Origin: an uncultured Candidatus Nemicrothrix sp.
GTDB taxonomy: Bacteria; Actinomycetota; Acidimicrobiia; Acidimicrobiales; MedAcidi-G1
DNA: 62,182 nt
Assembly (NCBI GenBank): GCA_964456295.1
Contig: CAYWBE010000001.1
Span: 1-62,182, forward strand
Direction: 5' to 3'
Shown here: positions 18,473 to 28,393 of the stretch, in pieces
Position numbering within the stretch: position 1 is the first letter of the stretch
Layout of the letters: each line of letters starts with the position of its first letter
The notes under the pieces: generated by a model
Seen by the model: only the letters and a program-made list of their open reading frames with translations
Told to the model about the DNA's origin: nothing
The model's database searches: none
Translations under genes and position numbers: made by a program

Positions 18473-19335
18473 GACGTGACCTCACCGGTTCGCCGCACCA
18501 CGATCCATTCGGCCAGAGAAACCAGTCCGAAAACCAGGAGACCTAGCACCGCCGCGCCAATCACGGACGCGTAGAGCCGCTCAGGCGAGACGGCGTATCG
18601 TTGCGCATATTCAAGGATTGCCCGTCCCAGACCGGTCTTGGTGCCGATGGAGATCTCACCGACGATCGACCCAACGACACTGAGCGTTGCTGCAATCTTC
18701 AATGCAGGGAACAGATAGACACGTGCAGCAGGAAGCCTCAATTTGACCAGGACTGTCCACCAGGGAGCTGCATAGGAACGCATTAGCTCCACGTGGTCGG
18801 AATCTGGAGACTGCAGGCCCCGAAGCGCGCTGACGGCGACTGGGAAAAACGTTAGGTAAGCAGCGATCAGTGAAATCGAAAGCATGTCGGGTAGATCCTG
18901 TTGGCGCCCCCAGGTCACCACGATCGGTGCTAGAGCGATCAGTGGGATCGTCTGGGACACGTTGATCCATGGAAGCAACCCACGCTCGGCAACCCGCCAA
19001 CGCAGCATCAGGATGGCCAAACCGAGGCCAACTGTCAGACCGAGAGTGAACCCGATTGCCGCCTCCTGAAGAGTGAACCAACCCTTCTTCAGTAGAAATA
19101 GGTATAGCGGCAACCGGGCCCGGCCATCTCGGACCTCTTCGAACAGTTCGTCGGCGATGTCCATTGCGTGAGGCATGGTGAGGTCATCGGTTGACGCTGG
19201 GAGGTCGATTGAAGTACCGGGCCAATAGTCACCAGTCTGTTGGCCAACCCACTTGTATCCCTCCCAGATACCGACCACGAGTAGCAGCGTTATGGCCGTC
19301 GCCACCACCACCCTCAGGATCCGACCGCCCTTCAC
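18469..19335 (-). CDS. ABC transporter permease (second membrane subunit)
   Basis: 288 aa and multi-TM, with an EAA-type loop (SYAAPWWTVLVKLRLPAARV). 4-nt overlap with the ATPase gene. Confidence 0.85.
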   Translation of the reverse strand: MKGGRILRVVVATAITLLLVVGIWEGYKWVGQQTGDYWPGTSIDLPASTDDLTMPHAMDIADELFEEVRDGRARLPLYLFLLKKGWFTLQEAAIGFTLGLTVGLGLAILMLRWRVAERGLLPWINVSQTIPLIALAPIVVTWGRQQDLPDMLSISLIAAYLTFFPVAVSALRGLQSPDSDHVELMRSYAAPWWTVLVKLRLPAARVYLFPALKIAATLSVVGSIVGEISIGTKTGLGRAILEYAQRYAVSPERLYASVIGAAVLGLLVFGLVSLAEWIVVRRTGEVTS

Positions 19336-19430
19336 GACCTGTCCCCGATGCAGAGGGTCCGACCATCAGTAGGTTCATTGCCACCCCGGTCTGCGCACTC
19401 CGACAAGCAACAATCCCTGGGCCTCACGGT

Positions 19431-20333
19431 TCAGCCATCTGCCGATTCGCCGTCGGGTGGACTCCCGGGTGCAAACCGGCGCTGCCTCTCCATCAAGCTG
19501 CACCAGTCCCAATTGGCTCCCCCTAGGGAGTCGACGTCTGCCAGGAACTGGCCGACCAGTGCTGTGACCGGTAGCGAGACGTTCATCGAGGATGCCTCAT
19601 CGAGGACGAGCCCGATGTCTTTTCGCATCAGGGTGGTGGAGAAGCCGAAGTCGTAGTCCCCTTCAAGCATCTTCTCGGCCCGGTTCTCCATCTGCCACGA
19701 CGTAGAGGAGCCCTGCAACATGGCCTCGACCACGTTCTCGACGTCCAGCCCCGCCCTGGATGCGAAGTCGAGACCCTCGGCGAGTGCCTGGCATAGCCCG
19801 ACCACGCAGATCTGGTTCGTCATCTTGGTCAGTTGCCCCGCGCCCGGACCACCCATCCGCCTAATTCGCGACGCGTACGACCCGACCACCGGCTCGGCCT
19901 TTTCGAAGGCGCCCTCGTCGCCGCCGACCATCACCGTGAGGACACCCTTCCGTGCACCGTCGACCCCGCCGGAGACGGGGGCGTCCAGGAAATACGCGTC
20001 AGCCGCAGAGACGCTCGCATTGACAGTCCGGGCCAGCCGGGCTGAAACGGTCGAGTGGTCAACCCATACGGCCCCGGCCGCGATGGTGGGCACCAGTTCG
20101 TCGGCCACGACCTGTAACTCCTGGTCGGCAGGAAGGGAGGTGATGATGAACTCCGCGCCGGTGACCGCAGATGTCACGGAGTCGGCCACCTCACCACTGT
20201 TTTCATCCGCCCACCTGCTCGCCAGACCGTCGACTACGTCGAACACAACGAGCTCATCGACCGCAGCGCTCTCGGACAGATGGGCGGCCAGGTGCCAGCC
20301 CATGCGTCCGAGGCCCAGGACTGCGATCCTCAT
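19431..20333 (-). CDS. NAD(P)-dependent beta-hydroxyacid dehydrogenase (3-hydroxyisobutyrate dehydrogenase family)
   Basis: 300 aa. N-terminal Rossmann motif MRIAVLGLGRMG, plus DAPVSGG and a 6-PGDH-like C-terminal domain. Confidence 0.85.
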   Translation of the reverse strand: MRIAVLGLGRMGWHLAAHLSESAAVDELVVFDVVDGLASRWADENSGEVADSVTSAVTGAEFIITSLPADQELQVVADELVPTIAAGAVWVDHSTVSARLARTVNASVSAADAYFLDAPVSGGVDGARKGVLTVMVGGDEGAFEKAEPVVGSYASRIRRMGGPGAGQLTKMTNQICVVGLCQALAEGLDFASRAGLDVENVVEAMLQGSSTSWQMENRAEKMLEGDYDFGFSTTLMRKDIGLVLDEASSMNVSLPVTALVGQFLADVDSLGGANWDWCSLMERQRRFAPGSPPDGESADG

Positions 20334-20923
20334 GCTGGTACTCCGGGACCGCCCCGATCGGCCAGGCTGAAGCCACCGGTCAGGCGGGCATCGACCCTGC
20401 CGCCGACCGCCATGGCCAGGATCAGCACCAGTTCATCGGGACGTGGAGCGTCAGGCACTCCGACCTCTATCGCGTCGTAGTGGCTTCCGACATAGGACCA
20501 TTCGAGGTGCGTCAGGGGCACGTCCAGCCTTGCTCCGAGCGGGCCCATCTTCTTGGTCGACGGAACGATGGCTTCACCCTTGCCTAGGGCTGCCCGCATC
20601 CCCCCGCCCCCCGGTATGTGCCACATCGCACCATGCTCAATCTCCCCTGCCGCTCCGACAATCGCCCCCTTGCCGTAACTGTCGATCTCGTCTCGGGCAC
20701 CCCCCAGGTGGCTGATGAGTAGTTCGCCGAGGTGTTCTCCCAGTTCACGTAGCTCCTCCACTGCCGGGCTGAGGTCGTCCACGTAGCCGCCTACGAACGG
20801 GTTGCTCACGACTACGGCCACCGCTCCCTTCAGGGCAGGGCGGGCGGGCTGCGGCCCGAAGTCGTGGTAGATCTCCTCGATGGCCACGCAGGTCTTTCGT
20901 TGGACGAACAGCGGGGCCGTCAT
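20330..20923 (-). CDS. DUF1185 / 'amino acid synthesis' family protein (PF06684-like)
   Basis: 197 aa. VVVSNPFVGGYVDDLSP...SYGKGAIVGAAGEIEHGAMW...DVPLTH...VPDAPRPDELVLILAM matches my recollection of this family. Its function is unknown. Confidence 0.68.
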   Translation of the reverse strand: MTAPLFVQRKTCVAIEEIYHDFGPQPARPALKGAVAVVVSNPFVGGYVDDLSPAVEELRELGEHLGELLISHLGGARDEIDSYGKGAIVGAAGEIEHGAMWHIPGGGGMRAALGKGEAIVPSTKKMGPLGARLDVPLTHLEWSYVGSHYDAIEVGVPDAPRPDELVLILAMAVGGRVDARLTGGFSLADRGGPGVPA

Positions 20924-20997
20924 GTCGTCCGAGGCCGACGTCTGGACCGGTTCCTGCCCGGCACCCCCAGTAGGTGAGTCGCCATCTCGATCTCCAG

Positions 20998-21999
20998 TCA
21001 GTCGCTCATGGTGGGGAGGATTCCCCGCCCGTATGCATCGAGGGTCTCATCCTGCTGGTCGTGCATGAGGTAAATGGCAAACTGGTCCACCCCGAGGGCC
21101 TCAAGTTCCCGGAGGCGTTGCACATGGGCCGCCTCGTCCCCCAAGATGCAGAAGCGGTCGATGATCTCGTCTGGCACGAAGTCGGTGTGCTCGTTACCGG
21201 TGCGACCGTGCTCGGCGTAGTCGTATCCCTGACGGCCCTTGATGTAGTCGGTGAGTGCGCCAGGCACCGTTGATCCGTCGGCGCCGTATCGCCCGACGAG
21301 GTCGGCCACGTGGTTGCCTACCATCCCGCCGAACCAGCGCACCTGGTCGCGTTGGTGGGCGATGTCTTCTCCGACATAGGCCGGGGCCACCACGGTGATG
21401 GTCAGCGACTCGGGGTCGCGACCAGCGGCAGCGGCCGACTTCCGGACCGCGGCAATGGTCCATTCGGCGATCTGTGGGTCAGCCAACTGCAGCACGAATC
21501 CGTCGGCCTTACGGCCGCACAGGTCCAACGCCTTGGGTCCGTAGGCGGCCATCCACATGGGGAGCGAACCGTCGTGGCGCCACGGAAAGGTCTGGGTGGT
21601 GCCGTTGTACTCGACGGTGTCGCCCTCGGCCAGACCCTTGATCACCGCCATGGACTCCTCGAGGGTGGCCAGGTTGCAGGGTTTGTTCCCTATGACCCGC
21701 ATGGCCGAATCGCCGCGACCGATGCCGCACACTGTGCGCTCGCCGTACATGTCGTTGAGGGTTGCGAACAGCGAGGCAATGACCGTCCAGTCGCGGGTCC
21801 CCGGATTGGTCACCATGGGGCCGACCACCATCTTCTCCGTAGCGGCCAGCATGGCGCTGTAGATCACGAACGGTTCCTGCCAGAGGACATGGCTGTCGAA
21901 GGTGTATGCGTGGGTGAAGCCCAGGGCTTCAGCCCGGGCGGCCAGTTCCACGACCCTCGAGGCAGGGGGGTCGGTCTGCATGACCACTCCGAACTCCAT
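20998..21999 (-). CDS. luciferase-like monooxygenase (LLM) class oxidoreductase, probably F420-dependent
   Basis: The start is taken at MEFGVVMQTDPP (ATG 21999). GFTHAYTFDSH, VGPMVTNPGTRDW and GIGRGDSA follow the Mer/F420-LLM pattern. The track ORF extension to 22260 overlaps mmsA. Confidence 0.72.
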   Translation of the reverse strand: MEFGVVMQTDPPASRVVELAARAEALGFTHAYTFDSHVLWQEPFVIYSAMLAATEKMVVGPMVTNPGTRDWTVIASLFATLNDMYGERTVCGIGRGDSAMRVIGNKPCNLATLEESMAVIKGLAEGDTVEYNGTTQTFPWRHDGSLPMWMAAYGPKALDLCGRKADGFVLQLADPQIAEWTIAAVRKSAAAAGRDPESLTITVVAPAYVGEDIAHQRDQVRWFGGMVGNHVADLVGRYGADGSTVPGALTDYIKGRQGYDYAEHGRTGNEHTDFVPDEIIDRFCILGDEAAHVQRLRELEALGVDQFAIYLMHDQQDETLDAYGRGILPTMSD

Positions 22000-22015
22000 C
22001 AGCTTCGCCGTCCCA

Positions 22016-23503
<1,488 letters not shown>

Positions 23504-23563
23504 CGATTTCTCCTTCGGGAGGCGGGCCGGTCAGGGCCACCGGCAACTGGAGTCGACTCGGGC

Positions 23564-24976
23564 CTACTGGAGATAGGTCGACAGGCCGCGTCGGAGATAG
23601 GCCCCGTGACCCTTCTCGCCAAGGTACGTGTCGTCCTCGATCAGAACCCGCCCCTTGGACATCACGGTGTCGACCTTTCCGTCGATCGTGTAACCCTCGT
23701 ATGCCGAGTAGTCCATGCTCATGTGGTGGGTGTCGACCGAGATCTCGGTCTTGGCCGCAGGGTCGTACAGCACGATGTCAGCATCCGAACCGGGGGCGAT
23801 CACACCCTTCTGCGGATAGAGACCGAACATGCGGGCCGGGGTGGTCGAACACGTCTCCACCCACCGCTCCAGACTGAGCTCACCCATCGCTACCCCCTGG
23901 TAGATGAGGTCCATCCGGTGCTCGACGCCGCCGATCCCGTTGGGGATGGCCCGGAAGTCGTCCTTCCCGAGCTCCTTCTGGTCCTTCATGCAGAACGGGC
24001 AGTGGTCGGTGGCCACGATGGCCAGGTCGTTGGTCCGCAAGCCCCGCCACAGGTCTTTGTGGTGGGTGTGCTCCTTGGTCCGGAGGGGGGGCGAGCAGAC
24101 GTAGCCAGCGCCGGCGAAACCGGGGGCCCCGAGGTGGTCCTCCAGGTTGAGGTAGAGGTACTGAGGGCAGGTCTCGGCGAACACGTTGTGCCCAGCGTCT
24201 CGGGCCTCGGCCACCCGTTCGAGGGCCTCGCTGGCCGAGAGATGGACAAAGTAGACGGGTGCTCCAGCCACTAGGGCCAACTGGATAGCCCGATTGGTGG
24301 CCTCACCCTCCATACGAGACGGCCGGGTGATGCCGTGGTACACGGGATCGGTCTGGCCCCGGGCGGCCGCCTGCTCGGCCAGCACGTCGATGGCGATGCC
24401 GTTCTCGGCGTGCATGGTGATCAGCGCGCCGTTGTTGGCCGCCTTCTGCATCGCCCGCAAGATCTGGCCGTCGTCGCTATAGAAGACGCCCGGGTAGGCC
24501 ATGAACAGCTTGAAGCTGGTGATGCCCTCGTCTACCAGCGAGTCCATCTCCTTGAGGGCCGCGTCGTCAACGCCACCCATGATCATGTGGAAGGCGTAGT
24601 CCACGGCGCATTCACCCTCCGCTTTGGAATGCCAGAGGTCGAGACAGTCGCGGACGTTTTCGCCGGTCTTCTGGACGGCAAAGTCGATGATGGTGGTCGT
24701 ACCACCCCATGCTGCGGCCCGGGTGCCGATCTCGAAGGTGTCACTGGCGAATGTGCCACCAAACGGGAGTTCCATGTGGGTGTGGCAGTCGATACCTCCA
24801 GGCACCACGTACTTGCCGGTGGCGTCGATGACTCGGTCCGCGCCCGACTCAGCGGCCTGTGCCGGTGCAGAGCCCGGGGCCATCACTGCGACGATGGAAG
24901 TCCCGTCGACCAGCACCTCGGCGGCATGGCGTCCTGTGGCGCTGACCACGGTCCCGTTCTTTATGAGTGTCGTCAT
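23564..24976 (-). CDS. pydB: dihydropyrimidinase / D-hydantoinase
   Basis: 470 aa. GGIDCHTHMELPF (HxH metal site), SFKLFMAY (carbamylated Lys), HAENG, and DHCPF near the C-terminus. Confidence 0.9.
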   Translation of the reverse strand: MTTLIKNGTVVSATGRHAAEVLVDGTSIVAVMAPGSAPAQAAESGADRVIDATGKYVVPGGIDCHTHMELPFGGTFASDTFEIGTRAAAWGGTTTIIDFAVQKTGENVRDCLDLWHSKAEGECAVDYAFHMIMGGVDDAALKEMDSLVDEGITSFKLFMAYPGVFYSDDGQILRAMQKAANNGALITMHAENGIAIDVLAEQAAARGQTDPVYHGITRPSRMEGEATNRAIQLALVAGAPVYFVHLSASEALERVAEARDAGHNVFAETCPQYLYLNLEDHLGAPGFAGAGYVCSPPLRTKEHTHHKDLWRGLRTNDLAIVATDHCPFCMKDQKELGKDDFRAIPNGIGGVEHRMDLIYQGVAMGELSLERWVETCSTTPARMFGLYPQKGVIAPGSDADIVLYDPAAKTEISVDTHHMSMDYSAYEGYTIDGKVDTVMSKGRVLIEDDTYLGEKGHGAYLRRGLSTYLQ

Positions 24977-25023
24977 GTTCTTCCCCCTTTAGTCCCCGTT
25001 ACAACCTCTGACCGTCCGGACGT

Positions 25024-26313
25024 TCAGCCCAGGCGTTCGATGATCCCGGCCAACACCGTTCCGGCCTCGTCGATCTCCTCTTCGGTGACCGTCATCGGCG
25101 GCGCGATTCGCAGCACGTTTCCGTACAACCCACCCTTGCCGATGAGAAGGCCGGCTGCACGTGCCTCCTCCATGATCCGTCCGGCGGCCACAGCATCGGG
25201 TTCGATGGTCCCGGGCTGAACCGTCTCCAACGCACGCATCAGACCCTTGCCCCGTAGTTCAGCGACTGCCTCCGAGGCGTCGACAGCGGGCTGCAGGTGC
25301 CCAACTAGACGCTCACCCATGCGAAGCGCGTGGCCCTGTATGTCGTGCTCGAGCATGTACCGGATTGTCGCCAAGGCACCGACACTGCTTAGGGGGTTCC
25401 CACCAAAGGTGGACAGGGAGTTGCCCGGTAGCGAGTCCATCAAGTCTGCGCTTGCCACCAAGCCACCGAGGGAAAGTCCGTTGGCGACACCCTTGGCGAA
25501 GGTCAGGACGTCGGGCACGATGCCGTGGGCTTGGTATCCCCAGAAGTGCTCGCCAGTCCGGCCCCAGCCGGTCTGGACTTCATCGGAGATGAAGATCACA
25601 CCACGGTTTTCGAGTTCTTTCTTCATAGCCCCGAAGAAGCCATCGGGGGGCGTGGCGAATCCGCCGACGCCCTGGATGGGCTCGGCAATCATGGCCGCCA
25701 CGTCGCCCGAGGTCATCATGTCGAAGACTTGGGTGAGGTCGTCGACGCAGGCAGCCGTGTAGTCCTCATCGTCGAGGTGGCGGAACGGGCTACGCAGCCG
25801 GTAGCCGCCATGCACGTAGTTGACCGACATCCCGCTGACGCTGGTCGGCGACCAGGACCTCTGGGCTGTGATGGCAATCGTGGTGAACGAACGTCCGTGA
25901 TAGCTGTTGCGCATGGCCAGGATCTGGTTTGACCGTCGAGCCGCCGTCGCCAACATGAGGGCGGCGTCGTTGGCCTCCGTACCCGACGTGGTGAAGAACA
26001 CCTTGGCGTCGGGGATGCCCGACAGCCTGGCAATCTCTTCGGCCAACTCGATCATGCACCCCGATAGGTAGAGCGTCGAAGTGTGGAACGTCTTAGGTGC
26101 CTGCTCCTGTACGGCCTTGGTGACCTCAGGGATGTTGTAGCCAAGGCTGGTGGTGAGGATCCCGCCGAAGAAGTCGAGGTAGCGGTTTCCCTCGACGTCA
26201 TAGACATGGCGTCCCTCTCCCCGGTCAAATGAGATCGGAGGGTCGTAATAGAGCGCCAGCCAGTTCGGCAGGACGGCCCGGTGCCTCTCGAGTAGTTCGG
26301 CGTTGGTGGTCAT
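25024..26313 (-). CDS. class III PLP aminotransferase (beta-alanine/beta-aminoisobutyrate or GABA type)
   Basis: 429 aa. FISDEVQTGWGRTG and the PLP-lysine context TFAKGVANG. Confidence 0.87.
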   Translation of the reverse strand: MTTNAELLERHRAVLPNWLALYYDPPISFDRGEGRHVYDVEGNRYLDFFGGILTTSLGYNIPEVTKAVQEQAPKTFHTSTLYLSGCMIELAEEIARLSGIPDAKVFFTTSGTEANDAALMLATAARRSNQILAMRNSYHGRSFTTIAITAQRSWSPTSVSGMSVNYVHGGYRLRSPFRHLDDEDYTAACVDDLTQVFDMMTSGDVAAMIAEPIQGVGGFATPPDGFFGAMKKELENRGVIFISDEVQTGWGRTGEHFWGYQAHGIVPDVLTFAKGVANGLSLGGLVASADLMDSLPGNSLSTFGGNPLSSVGALATIRYMLEHDIQGHALRMGERLVGHLQPAVDASEAVAELRGKGLMRALETVQPGTIEPDAVAAGRIMEEARAAGLLIGKGGLYGNVLRIAPPMTVTEEEIDEAGTVLAGIIERLG

Positions 26314-26357
26314 CGCGTCTCCCGCGGTGTGATTGGGCCCCTCGGGGCTAGATCGCT

Positions 26358-27200
26358 TCAGGCCTGTATCAGCGGGTCATACATGTCAGGACGACGGTCC
26401 CGGTAGAAGGCCCACTGGTTACGTACCTCATCAACCAGTTCCAAATCGAGGTCGCGCACGATCAGTTCCTCGTTCTGGTCGGAGCAGACGTCGCCCACGA
26501 ACTGTCCGCGGGGGTCCACGAAGTAGGTAGTGCCGTAGAAGTCGTTGTCACCCAGATCCTCGACCCCGACCCTGTTACTCGCGCCGACGTAGTACATGTT
26601 GGCCACCGCCGAGGCGGGCTGCTCGAGTTTCCAGAGGTAGGAGGACAGACCGCGACTGGTGGCCGACGGGTTGAAGACCATCTGGGCTCCATTGAGGCCA
26701 AGCGCCCGCCATCCCTCAGGGAAGTGGCGGTCGTAGCAGATGTATATGCCGACCCGACCGACGGCGGTCTCGAACACGGGGTACCCGAGGTTCCCGGGGC
26801 GGAAGTAGAACTTCTCCCAGAAGCCCTTGACCTGGGGAAGATGGGTCTTGCGGTACTTGCCGAGGTAGGTGCCATCAGCGTCGATGATGGCCGCCGTGTT
26901 GTAGAGGAACCCCTCCTGCTCCTTTTCGTACATCGGCAAGACGAGCACCATGCCATGCTTGGCTGCCAATTCTTGGAAACGCTTCGTAGTCGGGCCGTCG
27001 GGGATGGCCTCGGCGTAGTCGTAGAAGGCGGCGTCTTGGACCTGACAGAAATAGGGACCGTAGAAGAGTTCCTGGAAGCACATGACCCGAGCGCCAGCCT
27101 CAGCGGCCTCAGCCAGGTACTTCTCGTGGAGTTCGATCATTGACTCCTTGTCACCGGTCCAGCCCGTCTGGACCATCGCCGCCCGTACTTCGCTCGCCAC
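26358..27200 (-). CDS. pydC: beta-ureidopropionase (nitrilase-superfamily N-carbamoyl-beta-amino acid amidohydrolase)
   Basis: 280 aa. Catalytic Glu context CFQELF, Lys context KTHLP, Cys context ICYDRHFPE. GTG start behind aggagg. Confidence 0.85.
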   Translation of the reverse strand: MASEVRAAMVQTGWTGDKESMIELHEKYLAEAAEAGARVMCFQELFYGPYFCQVQDAAFYDYAEAIPDGPTTKRFQELAAKHGMVLVLPMYEKEQEGFLYNTAAIIDADGTYLGKYRKTHLPQVKGFWEKFYFRPGNLGYPVFETAVGRVGIYICYDRHFPEGWRALGLNGAQMVFNPSATSRGLSSYLWKLEQPASAVANMYYVGASNRVGVEDLGDNDFYGTTYFVDPRGQFVGDVCSDQNEELIVRDLDLELVDEVRNQWAFYRDRRPDMYDPLIQA

Positions 27201-27320
27201 CTTCGCCTCCTACATCCTCAGTGTCCATGCAGACGCCACCTCCTCAAGGTCGGAGCGGAACTTGCCGGACCGGCCCTTGCAGCGCGTCGCGGCGGCCGAC
27301 AGTAGTGGCAACCTGAAAGG

Positions 27321-28376
27321 ATGGTCGGACCCGGGGAAACGTTGGACGATATGGATGGGCTCCTCGACTGGCCGGCCCTGCAGGCCTGGCTCACCAGAAG
27401 CCCAGCGCCGGGCAATGGTGCGGTGGTGGCCTTCCGGGAACTGGCGGGCGGCACCCAGAACCACCTCTTCCACCTGACCCGCGAGGATGGGACGGCGATG
27501 GTCCTTCGACGGCCGCCCCGACATCCCCGGCCGAACAGTGACGAGACGATGCTCCGGGAGGCTCGGGTGCTGGACGCCCTGTCGGGAAGCGATGTCCCCC
27601 ACCCAGCTTTTTACGCTGTGTGCGACGACCCGTCGGTGATCGGCACCTGCTTCCACCTCGGGGCGATGGTCGACGGCTTCAACCCGGGATCTGGGCTGGA
27701 GGGCCGGTACATCGACGACGAGGGCTGGCAGTGGTCGCTCGGACTGTCCATGGTCGACGCCATCGCCGAGCTGGCCGCCGTCGACCCGGCCGCCGTCGGA
27801 CTGGCCGACCTCGGGCGCCCCGACGGGTGGCTGGAACGCCAGGTGCCGCGCTGGCGGGCCCTACTGGAGTCCTACGCGGGCGCCGAGGGATACGACGGGC
27901 CGGACCTTCCTGACGTGGACCGGGTCGGGGCCTGGTTGGAGGAGCACCGTCCGGCGGCCGCCACCATCGGAATCATCCACGGCGACTTCCACCTGGCCAA
28001 CGTGATGGCCCGACACGACCGGCCGGAGGTCGCAGCGGTGGTCGACTGGGAACTCACGACCTCGGGCGATCCACGGCTCGACCTGGCATGGCTCCTGGCC
28101 ACGTCCCGGGGCGTCGGCTCGTTCCCATCGGCGGCACCGGGCTTCCCCGACTGGAGACACCTGGTCGACCGCTACGCCGAGCGGACGGGCCTCCCACTCG
28201 ACGACCTCGCCTGGTGGTGGACCCTGGCCTGCTACAAGCTGGGCATCATCCTGGAGGGCACCAACGTCCGGGCGGCAGCCGGTCGGGCCCCGGCCGAGAC
28301 CGGGCGCGACCTCCACGACCGGGCGGTCCGTCTCCTCACCATGGCCGGTCGGCTGGTCGACGGAACCGTCCTGTGA
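27321..28376 (+). CDS. phosphotransferase (APH/choline-kinase-like) family protein
   Basis: 351 aa. Brenner and catalytic motifs IIHGDFHLANVM and VVDWEL. The start could instead be the ATG about 30 nt downstream (MDGLLDW). Confidence 0.75.
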   Translation: MVGPGETLDDMDGLLDWPALQAWLTRSPAPGNGAVVAFRELAGGTQNHLFHLTREDGTAMVLRRPPRHPRPNSDETMLREARVLDALSGSDVPHPAFYAVCDDPSVIGTCFHLGAMVDGFNPGSGLEGRYIDDEGWQWSLGLSMVDAIAELAAVDPAAVGLADLGRPDGWLERQVPRWRALLESYAGAEGYDGPDLPDVDRVGAWLEEHRPAAATIGIIHGDFHLANVMARHDRPEVAAVVDWELTTSGDPRLDLAWLLATSRGVGSFPSAAPGFPDWRHLVDRYAERTGLPLDDLAWWWTLACYKLGIILEGTNVRAAAGRAPAETGRDLHDRAVRLLTMAGRLVDGTVL

Positions 28377-28393
28377 ACCACCGGCCCCTGCAG

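Noticed and set aside
23564-27200. Alternative reading of the hydantoinase/carbamoylase pair as a D-amino-acid-producing hydantoin-utilisation (hyu) cluster
   Set aside because: The co-located class III aminotransferase, CoA-acylating (methyl)malonate-semialdehyde dehydrogenase and HIBADH-like gene fit beta-alanine/beta-aminoisobutyrate disposal, that is, pyrimidine catabolism. No hydantoin racemase is present. This reading is not fully excluded without enzyme data.
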